Assembly (NCBI GenBank): GCA_046538485.1
Contig: JBKHIT010000070.1
Location: forward strand, 1-21,602
Reading direction: 5' to 3'
DNA length: 21,602 nucleotides
Source of the DNA: Candidatus Brocadiia bacterium
GTDB taxonomy: Bacteria; Planctomycetota; Brocadiia; SM23-32
Each line of letters starts with the position of its first letter. The stretch's first letter is position 1. Below the pieces are notes generated by a model. The model was not told the DNA's origin. It saw only the letters and a program-made list of their open reading frames with translations, and searched no databases. Shown piece after piece: positions 1 through 7,241 of the stretch. Made by a program: the position numbers and the translations under genes.

Positions 1-50
1 TACATAAAAGCCGCCCGCCGGGTGGCGCACTTTCATCTTGCATCTAACCA
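1..50 (-). mobile_element. Putative insertion-sequence end (IS21-like terminal repeat) interrupting the URO-D family gene
   Basis: The minus strand from 50 reads TGGTTAGATGCAAGATGAAAGTGCGCCACCCGGCGGGCGGCTTTTATGTA. It starts with TG, as IS21-family ends do, and supplies the premature TAG of the upstream ORF. No transposase is inside the window. Confidence 0.4.
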
Positions 51-619
51 TTAATCACTAAATCCATGCAGAACTGCTCGGTGCTTCTCATGCGACAGCA
101 CATCTCAAAGACCCCGGCACACAGACTTTCCAAAATAATCGCCCGGCCATCGCGACGGAAATACTCGGCTTTTTCCTCCAGACCTTCCTTGAGCTCAGGA
201 TCTCCCGGATCAGGCCATGGGAACTCCTCGATATCTTCTTCTGTAATTTCGCCTTCCAGAGGGTTGCTGACAACGTCGAAATACAATCCGTCCTCGGGTC
301 GTTTCCAGACCAGACCCCACTCGTCGGTAAAAAGATCGTAGTCCTCGTGATGTTCAACCTGAGGATTTTTCCTCACCATATTGGGGATCAGACCGCGTAC
401 GTCCACGCCGAGATCTTCGAGGATCGTTTCACTCATTTCCGGAAGCTGCTGAACAACATCGTAGAGGCGGGGTTCGCTCTGGCTGTATCCCAGGTCTTTA
501 GCAAATTCTGAATAAGCGCCGCAAGTCATACCCGTCACCAGCGTGCTCCCCAGATCGAACGGAATTCGGTCGGGTTGTTCGCCTTCCAACGACATTATCA
601 CTCGTTCACGAGAATTCAT
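44..619 (-). pseudogene. Uroporphyrinogen decarboxylase (URO-D/MtaA-CmuA-like) family protein, N-terminal half only
   Basis: N-terminus MNSRERVIMSLEGEQPDRIPFDLG, DEWG motif, FPWPDP and GVFEMCCRMRSTEQFCMDL. It stops at 191 aa, about half the usual family length. SD-like GGAAAA lies upstream. Confidence 0.75.
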
Positions 620-692
620 TTGATTTTCCTTTTCTCCCCTGAAAATGGCAGGAGGTAAGCGGCTCGGTGCATCGAAAGCTCATCCTCCGGTG

Positions 693-1745
693 TCATCCCA
701 GTCTATCGTGCGCCTTTTGCAATCGCTCCCGGATTGGCAAATTCTGGGGACAACTTTCTTCGCATTGTTCACAATCCACACAATCTTCGATCGTCGTGTC
801 GAATTCCGCGTATCGTTTCTTCGCCTGAGGTAATTCCCAGCTTATCCGTTCGGAATAATCCAGAAGTTGAAGGATACCGGGGATATTAATGCCCTGGGGA
901 CATGGCAGGCAATACTCGCAACCGTAGCAATAACCGCGACCCAACCGATCCCCAAAATCTCTCAGTTCCCTTTGTTCCCGGGCAGAGAGTGGTTCGTAAG
1001 TATTGGCAATCCCAACGTTTTGCTCAATCTCTTCGGGCGACTTCACACCCGTTAATATAAGGGGGAATCGCCTGTTAGAAAGCGCGAAACGCAGACATTC
1101 CTCAATGGTCGGTTTTCTGTCTTCCTCGGGGGGGCTCAGCTCAAGAAGACTCGCATTTCCGAACACTTTCATCACAAAAAGCCCCACATCGTGTTCCTCG
1201 GCCAAGTTCAGCACCTCTTCCTCGGCTTCCCGGTTGGCAAGATTATAAGTAACCAGACCGGCTTCAAACTGATCGCACTGGATCATCTTTTTTATCAGAT
1301 CCCAGTTGTGGCTGGTAAAACCGATATGTTTGATTTTCCCCTCCTCTTTTGCTTCCTGAAGAGCTTTCAGGCCGCCCCCTTTCTCCATCAGCGGATCGTA
1401 GCGTTTGCTGTTTGAAACGTCATGAGGCTCGTAAAGATCGATATAATCGGTCCGAAGCGCTTCAAGACTTTCATCGATAGCCTTTTTGATACCGTCATAG
1501 GTGGTATCGGGTATCCGGGAACTCAGATATACTTCGTCACGACGTTCCTCCATCACGCGTCCGATTTTGCGTTCGCTGTCACCCTTGCCGTAAACGCGCG
1601 CCGTATCGAAAAAATTCACGCCCAGATCGATCGCCCTGTTAACCGTTGCCACGGCCTGTTCCACGCTGACTTTCGGAATCGTCATTCCGCCGAAACCAAT
1701 CCGCGAGACCTGCATCTCCGTCTTTCCAAGTCGTCGTTGCTCCAT
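693..1745 (-). CDS. Aldo/keto reductase with C-terminal 4Fe-4S dicluster domain
   Basis: RRLGKT..VSRIGFGG, FFDTARVYG, SLEALRTDYIDL and KIKHIGFTSH. C-terminal CYGCEYCLPCP and CVDCEQCEESCP motifs. AGGAG SD upstream. Confidence 0.93.
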   Translation of the reverse strand: MEQRRLGKTEMQVSRIGFGGMTIPKVSVEQAVATVNRAIDLGVNFFDTARVYGKGDSERKIGRVMEERRDEVYLSSRIPDTTYDGIKKAIDESLEALRTDYIDLYEPHDVSNSKRYDPLMEKGGGLKALQEAKEEGKIKHIGFTSHNWDLIKKMIQCDQFEAGLVTYNLANREAEEEVLNLAEEHDVGLFVMKVFGNASLLELSPPEEDRKPTIEECLRFALSNRRFPLILTGVKSPEEIEQNVGIANTYEPLSAREQRELRDFGDRLGRGYCYGCEYCLPCPQGINIPGILQLLDYSERISWELPQAKKRYAEFDTTIEDCVDCEQCEESCPQNLPIRERLQKAHDRLG

Positions 1746-1989
1746 AATCGAACTCCTGCAATTCCGGTTTAAAATACGAATTTTGACGAGCGGCTTTATT
1801 GCTGTTCAACTCTTAGTATAATGTTAAAGTGCATGAACATCAAGGCGCCAGATATTTGTTTTTTTACCACCGATCGGTGCGCTTACAAGCACCATGCGAT
1901 TTCACCAAAAAAGCAACACCTCCCTCTTGTGCAGCCGCTCAGGCGCACCAGCGTCAACTGTAACGTAGTATCTCTTTCAGGAGAGCGCT

Positions 1990-2117
1990 ATGAGTGAAGA
2001 ACCTGTGGAACTTTGTTTGAAAAAACTCGAAAAATGGCGAATCAATGAAGATTTCTCGCGGGCCGACGCCGCGAAAGAGCTCGCAATTCCTTGAACTGGA
2101 TCTACAGGCAATGTTAG
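1990..2117 (+). pseudogene. Remnant of an XRE/Cro-type helix-turn-helix gene
   Basis: CAGGAG SD, then ATG at 1990 encoding MSEEPVELCLKKLEKWRINEDFSRADAAKELAIP* (stop at 2092-2094). A shifted frame continues LNWIYRQC*, which resembles the end of the recognition helix. Confidence 0.55.
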
Positions 2118-2259
2118 AGTCAGAAGGGTTTACGGATTTTGTCTCGCACCCGATGCTGGGACGTTACCTGCGTTTATTGGGAGCTCGCAAACCCGGCAGC
2201 CCAAAAAACGCATAATATCTGCAATTTGGTTTTTATCGACAATCGAGGTGGAAGGTACT

Positions 2260-2823
2260 GTGTTCCAGAAAATTTTCATTGGCGCCTTGATCGGCGGCGC
2301 TATCGGCGCAACAACAGGGTATTTCGGCAAATGTTCCTCCGGAGTATGCCCCCTTACGGCAAGTCCCTATACGGGAGCCATTTACGGAGCGGTAATGGGC
2401 GTTATGATCGCCATGATACTTTCTGAAGCGACCAAAAATCCGGGGCACGTCCCCGGGAGCAAAGCGCGTGAAATGCTCCAATCTATCGACAAAGTCACAG
2501 ATGAGACTTTCGACGAAAAGGTCCTGAACTCAAACCTTCCAGTCGTCGTGGACTTTTGGTCACCCACTTGTCGCCCCTGCCGGAAAGTTTCTCCCATAAT
2601 CGCGGAGCTGGGACAGGAATACGTCGGCAAAATCAAAGTTTACAAAATGAATGTCGCGAGCAACGAAGATTCCGCCGAACGCTATGATCTCAAAGGCATC
2701 CCGGCCGTGTTGTTCTTCAAAAACGGGCAGGAGCTAGGCGATATGCGCATTGTGGGAGCTCGAGACAAAGAGGCGTATCAGAAAGTGATTGAAGAACTCG
2801 TCGGATTAAACTCGCGGGAATGA
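2260..2823 (+). CDS. Membrane-anchored thioredoxin: N-terminal two-helix Gly-rich domain with CxxxxCP (DUF6132-like) fused to a Trx domain
   Basis: GALIGGAIGATTGYFGKCSSGVCPLTASPYTGAIYGAVMG followed by VVVDFWSPTCRPC and the cis-Pro motif GIPAVLFFKNG. Likely start is GTG 2260 after GGAAGG; the ORF track starts at 2248. Confidence 0.85.
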   Translation: MFQKIFIGALIGGAIGATTGYFGKCSSGVCPLTASPYTGAIYGAVMGVMIAMILSEATKNPGHVPGSKAREMLQSIDKVTDETFDEKVLNSNLPVVVDFWSPTCRPCRKVSPIIAELGQEYVGKIKVYKMNVASNEDSAERYDLKGIPAVLFFKNGQELGDMRIVGARDKEAYQKVIEELVGLNSRE

Positions 2824-2862
2824 AAAGCTCCGCAATTACCGTTCAACCGGCCCCATCGAGGG

Positions 2863-4215
2863 CTACCTGCGCCGGCCGCAGCAGTTCTTATACTTCTTCC
2901 CACTGCCGCAGGGACATGGATCATTTCGTCCCACTTTTCGGGACCGCCGCGGCACCGCCTGCACCTTCTGGATCCGCGGTTTTTCCTCCTCCATAATTTC
3001 CGCCGGCGGTCTTCCGCGCCGCAACAGACTGGCCATCTTTTTCATCTTCGGATCGATATGACGGAAAAATTTATAATACCCCTCGCAAAGGTAATTCAGG
3101 CCGTTCTCTCCGTCTTCCGTTCTGGCAAATCTGTTCTTTGGACACCCGCCGTGGCAGACGAAAAGCACCTCACAGTCCCGGCATTTTTGCGGAAGACCTT
3201 CTTTCTTGAATTCCCCCAGCCTTCGCACAGGTTCGCCGGTAACCATTTCCTCGACGGGATCTTCCAGAATATTTCCCAACCTGTGGTTTGGGTAAACAAA
3301 ATGGTCGCAGGAATATAGATCCCCATTATGTTCGATGATCATCGCATTGCCGCATTTCTCGGAGAAATTGCACAACGGCGGATCCTGTCCTACCCAACCG
3401 GCCAGCGAGACGTCGAAGATTTGCACGAAGGTCTCCCCGACATCGTTTTTCACCCATTCGTCGAATATCTCACACAAAAAGTCACCATACTGTTCCGGTT
3501 CGACCGCCCAATCCGTTACCTCCCCTTCGTCCTCGCTTTCCCATGGACGCGGTTCGGCCAATTCCAATCCCAATTCTCTGGAATGCTCATCCGGCCCCCT
3601 CTCCACGATGGGAATGAACTGCATGAAATTCGTACCGGTGTCTTTAAGAAAATTGTAGACCTCACGCGGACGTTCGGCGCATTCGGGTGTAACCGACGTA
3701 AGCGTATTGTAGCGCACGGTATTTTCCTGGAGAATGCGCATCGTCTTCATAACCTTCTCAAACGTCGGATTCCCGCCCCTGTCGACCCGGTAAAGATCAT
3801 GAATATCCTGCGGCCCATCGATACTGAGACCGATCAGAAAATTAGCGCGTGCCAGGAACTCGCCCCACTCTTCGTCAATCAAAATCCCATTTGTCTGCAG
3901 AGAGTTAGTTATCCGTTTTTTGCCGGCGTATTTCTTCTGAAGCTCGACAGCCCTCCGGAAAAAATCCACCCCCAGCAGGGTCGGCTCCCCCCCCTGCCAT
4001 GCAAAATTGACTTCCTGCGTCGGTGCCGCCTCGATGTATTTTCGGATATACGCTTCCAGCACTTCATCGGACATACGGTATTGTTCGGCTCCGTCGAAAA
4101 GCGCTTCCTTCTCGGTGTAAAAACAGTACCGGCAACGCAGATTACACGCCGGCCCGGCCGGTTTGGCCATGATGTGAAAAGGTCTTAATTGTTTGTTGTT
4201 ATTGTCTGAAGACAC
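2863..4215 (-). CDS. Anaerobic sulfatase-maturating radical SAM enzyme (anSME/AslB/ChuR type) with SPASM domain and C-terminal SEC-C motif
   Basis: [56 protein letters not shown] and [21 protein letters not shown]. Confidence 0.93.
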   Translation of the reverse strand: MSSDNNNKQLRPFHIMAKPAGPACNLRCRYCFYTEKEALFDGAEQYRMSDEVLEAYIRKYIEAAPTQEVNFAWQGGEPTLLGVDFFRRAVELQKKYAGKKRITNSLQTNGILIDEEWGEFLARANFLIGLSIDGPQDIHDLYRVDRGGNPTFEKVMKTMRILQENTVRYNTLTSVTPECAERPREVYNFLKDTGTNFMQFIPIVERGPDEHSRELGLELAEPRPWESEDEGEVTDWAVEPEQYGDFLCEIFDEWVKNDVGETFVQIFDVSLAGWVGQDPPLCNFSEKCGNAMIIEHNGDLYSCDHFVYPNHRLGNILEDPVEEMVTGEPVRRLGEFKKEGLPQKCRDCEVLFVCHGGCPKNRFARTEDGENGLNYLCEGYYKFFRHIDPKMKKMASLLRRGRPPAEIMEEEKPRIQKVQAVPRRSRKVGRNDPCPCGSGKKYKNCCGRRR

Positions 4216-4464
4216 GTCAGAAAATCCTTTTCCTCAAGATATCGGGGATTGCCCAGGGCCACCCAAAAACATTTGAAAACCTGGACAGAAAGCATTGGTT
4301 GCCCCCGATCCCAATAAATCTAAGCTACTCGGTCGGCCCACCTCTTGCAAACCCAAAACGATATCGGTCGTAGAAAGATTTTGCTGTTAGCCCATTTCCC
4401 TTGAACACCTTCGCGCCGTCATGTGACTCAATTAATAGAGATAATAAAAGAAAGAAGGAAAGCG

Positions 4465-5010
4465 ATGAAAAAGTTTCATTCATGCATTGTCGCTGGTATG
4501 ATAGTCGTTCTTGGGTTCCTTCCGGGTTGTTCGCAAGATCGGCCCGTCCAGAAAGGAAAGAACGTTCACCAAACCAATACAAGGGAAACTCACGCCGTGG
4601 AATACGAAATACAAAAATCGGATCGGGAATGGCGAGATCAGCTTACGCCGAAGGAATACAACGTTCTGCGCGAAAAAGGGACAGAGCGCGCGTTTTCGGG
4701 CAAGTATTACGATTTCAAAGGGGAAGGAACGTATCACTGCGCGGCCTGCGGCAATCTGCTTTTCAGCTCCGGGGCGAAATTCAAATCCGGAACGGGCTGG
4801 CCCAGTTTCTACGAACCTGCTTCCGATGCAGGCATTACGACCGCTGAAGACAGATCCTTGTTTTCGGTTCGCACGGAAGCTCTGTGTGCGCGTTGCGGCT
4901 CGCATCTCGGCCACGTCTTCGAGGACGGCCCACCTCCGACCGGCCGCCGTTACTGCATCAACTCAGTGGCTCTGGATTTTCAATCGGCAAAGGGCAACGG
5001 GGACAACTAA
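4465..5010 (+). CDS. msrB: Peptide-methionine (R)-S-oxide reductase MsrB, predicted lipoprotein
   Basis: LREKGTERAFSG, CAAC and CARC zinc motifs, GTGWPSF, HLGHVFEDGP and RYCINS. Start at ATG 4465 after GAAGGA gives MKKFHSCIVAGMIVVLGFLPG-C, a lipobox-like signal. Confidence 0.93.
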   Translation: MKKFHSCIVAGMIVVLGFLPGCSQDRPVQKGKNVHQTNTRETHAVEYEIQKSDREWRDQLTPKEYNVLREKGTERAFSGKYYDFKGEGTYHCAACGNLLFSSGAKFKSGTGWPSFYEPASDAGITTAEDRSLFSVRTEALCARCGSHLGHVFEDGPPPTGRRYCINSVALDFQSAKGNGDN

Positions 5011-5042
5011 TCCCGTTGCGGCCCCTCTTCATGCCACGACCG

Positions 5043-5420
5043 CTACAGCAACTGGTCGGCCCCGCTGTAAACCTCCTGCACTCTGAGAGCCGCCGCCGCG
5101 TTGCCCGGATGTTGCTCCGGATTCCACGATTTCATATCTTCGAAAACAGGTCCTTCCTCGTGGTATTCGATCGGTCCTTTGACCTGAAACGCGCCGTCTT
5201 CTTCGGTGATAAACAACAGAGCTCCCACACAACCGTTCTTTATATTCTTCCGCGTTTTGTGAAAATAATTGTCAGCAACAACAAGCGTTTCGTCGTCATA
5301 TTTGCTGACACAACCGGCGTAAATCGAATTAGGTTTTCCGTCGGGATCAACGGTTGTCAGGACCACTGGTCCCTCACGATTTTCCCATGCTTCTGCAACA
5401 TTTTCGGGCAAAGCAGCCAT
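5043..5420 (-). CDS. Pyridoxamine 5'-phosphate oxidase-like FMN-binding protein
   Basis: VVLTTVDPDGKPN, LVVADNYFHKTRKNI, FQVKG and VQEVYSG. Likely start MAALPENV at 5420 after GGAG. Confidence 0.85.
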   Translation of the reverse strand: MAALPENVAEAWENREGPVVLTTVDPDGKPNSIYAGCVSKYDDETLVVADNYFHKTRKNIKNGCVGALLFITEEDGAFQVKGPIEYHEEGPVFEDMKSWNPEQHPGNAAAALRVQEVYSGADQLL

Positions 5421-5580
5421 TAGTTTACTCCAGATTAAAAACTTGTTAAGAGAAAACGAATCGGGAACCAAAAACAGAGGTAAGCAACTTCTCTCTTGAA
5501 AATGACGTCAGGGGGAATACAAAAACGAAACGTAATACAAAGCTCGGGAGATAATGTCAAACGAATGCATCGCGTCCGAG

Positions 5581-5775
5581 GTGTACTCCAGAAAAGTCTT
5601 TAGAGGTTGCCGTGATATAAACCTCATGTTTAGTGTCTATCACTCTGTAAGCTTGCAACCCCGTTTGTCGAACGCGTATCCTGCAGACTCGAGTTCAGCT
5701 GAGCGCGCCACCAGCACTCGAAGCGGGACTTGTGTGCCTCGTGCGTGCTTGAGGCGGACAAATGCCGGAAAATGC
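5581..5775. repeat. Dispersed intergenic repeat, copy 1 (MITE-like)
   Basis: 5591-5703 aligns without gaps to 21354-21466 with 14 mismatches in 113 nt (manual count). Both copies also share CGAAGnGGGACTTG...AGGCGGACAAATGCCG..AAATGC. Confidence 0.9.
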
Positions 5776-5809
5776 AAACACGCTCGAACGCTCCAACAAA
5801 CCCGACCGC

Positions 5810-5912
5810 GTTCTGAACTCCAGACCCGCGAGGCGGGGCTGAAGTCCGGTCCGCTCCTCTCCCCGGAGACAGAAAGCAAGAATACCCCGCCCTTGCGGCG
5901 GGGAGGTCTCAC
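5810..5912 (+). mobile_element. Non-autonomous IS200/IS605-like remnant (PATE or right end)
   Basis: Hairpin CCCGC-GAG-GCGGG, then GAAAGCAAGAATA-CCCCGCC-CTTGC-GGCGGGG-AGGTCTCAC. This matches the recalled pattern of IS605/IS1341 right ends. No tnpA or tnpB is adjacent. Confidence 0.55.
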
Positions 5913-5955
5913 GTTTTTGTGATAGGTTCGGGGGCTGCATAAGAAACCTGACGAT

Positions 5956-5980
5956 CGCCGGGACAAGCCCGGCGGATCCA
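5956..5980 (-). repeat. REP-like palindrome
   Basis: Perfect hairpin CGCCGGG-ACAAG-CCCGGCG (5956-5974). The minus strand reads TGGATCCGCCGGGCTTGTCCCGGCG. Confidence 0.5.
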
Positions 5981-6029
5981 GCCGGGGGAGATCTGGTATC
6001 TGGCCGAAAAAGCGCAGAAAGGGAAACGA

Positions 6030-7160
6030 ATGACACGCCGGGAACGGCTGATGAAAACTTTGCGCGGTGAGCCCGTTGACCGCCCGCCTGTATCGTTTTA
6101 CGAACTGAACGGGCTCGACGAAGACCCCGACAACGATGATCCTTTTAACATCTATTCCCATCCTTCGTGGCGCCCCCTCATCGAGCTGACGCGAGAGAAA
6201 ACCGATCGAATTGTCATGCGCTGGGTACCCTACGAGTCCGATCAACCCGACCCACTCCAGAAGTTTACCGAAACCGAAACATTCATACGGGATGGAAGCC
6301 GCCATGTCATCCGAAAAATTCAGGCGGCAGATCGAGAACTCACGGCCCGTCACCGACGGGATCCAGATGTCAATACAACCTGGACGGAAGAACATCCCCT
6401 GAAAGATGTCGATGATCTCAAGGCATATCTCGAGCTCCCATCTCCCGACCCCGATGGTATTGTCAATCGGGAACCGGTGGAACAGGCGGAAAAACAACTG
6501 GGGGATACGGGGATCGTAATGATCGACACGCCCGATCCGCTCTGTCTCGCAGCAGATATGTTTGAGATGTCCGAATACACAATCATTGCAATGACTGAAC
6601 AGAAGCTTTTCCACCAACTTCTTGAACGATTCGCAGAAAGATTATGGGCAAAAACAGAGGCCGTAGCGAAGGCTCTTCCCGGAAGATTGTGGCGCATATA
6701 CGGACCGGAATATGCCACCCCCCCTTACCTGCCGCCCCGGCTTTTCGACGAATACGTTTGCGGGTACGTTCAACCGATGGTTGACGCCATTCAGCGATAC
6801 GGAGGATATGCCCGTATTCATTCGCACGGAAACCTGCGTGAAGTACTGGACATGATAGCGCGCATGGGACCCGATGGGCTTGACCCAATTGAACCCCCGC
6901 CGCAGGGAGATGTCGAACTGTCGTATGTGCGGGAAAATTACGGAGAAAATATGGTTCTGTTCGGGAATCTGGAGGTGGCAGACATCGAAAACTTGCCGAC
7001 GGAAAAATTTGCCAAAAAAGTAAAACGCGCGCTCGATGAAGGCACTTCAGGCACAGGACGCGGTTTTGTGCTTATGCCGTCGGCTTGCCCCTACGGCCGG
7101 GAATTAAATCCGCTGGCCTTCGAAAACTATCAAAAGATGGTTGAGATGGTCGCGATTTGA
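6030..7160 (+). CDS. Uroporphyrinogen decarboxylase (URO-D/MtaA-CmuA-like) family protein
   Basis: MTRRERLMKTLRGEPVDRPPV, RIHSHG, LDPIEPPPQGD, VLFGNL and GFVLMPSACP; 376 aa. Confidence 0.85.
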   Translation: MTRRERLMKTLRGEPVDRPPVSFYELNGLDEDPDNDDPFNIYSHPSWRPLIELTREKTDRIVMRWVPYESDQPDPLQKFTETETFIRDGSRHVIRKIQAADRELTARHRRDPDVNTTWTEEHPLKDVDDLKAYLELPSPDPDGIVNREPVEQAEKQLGDTGIVMIDTPDPLCLAADMFEMSEYTIIAMTEQKLFHQLLERFAERLWAKTEAVAKALPGRLWRIYGPEYATPPYLPPRLFDEYVCGYVQPMVDAIQRYGGYARIHSHGNLREVLDMIARMGPDGLDPIEPPPQGDVELSYVRENYGENMVLFGNLEVADIENLPTEKFAKKVKRALDEGTSGTGRGFVLMPSACPYGRELNPLAFENYQKMVEMVAI

Positions 7161-7241
7161 TTTCCAGAACTTCTCCGGCCAAAATCACCTCTCCGAAAAA
7201 CCATTCTTGCGGCTAAATACATCGACCGAGAAAGGCGAACG

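Noticed and set aside
10..30. GTGCG on the minus strand as a group II intron 5' end
   Set aside because: The gene already breaks about 20 nt earlier, at position 50, and the context fits an IS-type end better. It cannot be tested within the window.
2092..2094. TGA as selenocysteine or readthrough in the small HTH ORF
   Set aside because: HTH-like sequence continues in a different frame, and no SECIS-like hairpin is evident.
5554..5922. ORFs 5554..5922 and 21296..21565 share a peptide (AYPADSSSAE) and look like paralogues
   Set aside because: The similarity comes from the DNA repeat. Most differences are non-synonymous in that frame and the starts are not shared. The more conservative-looking reverse frame contains a TGA in both copies.
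5640..6617. 325-aa minus-strand ORF
   Set aside because: Antisense shadow of the URO-D gene running into repeats; no recognisable motifs.
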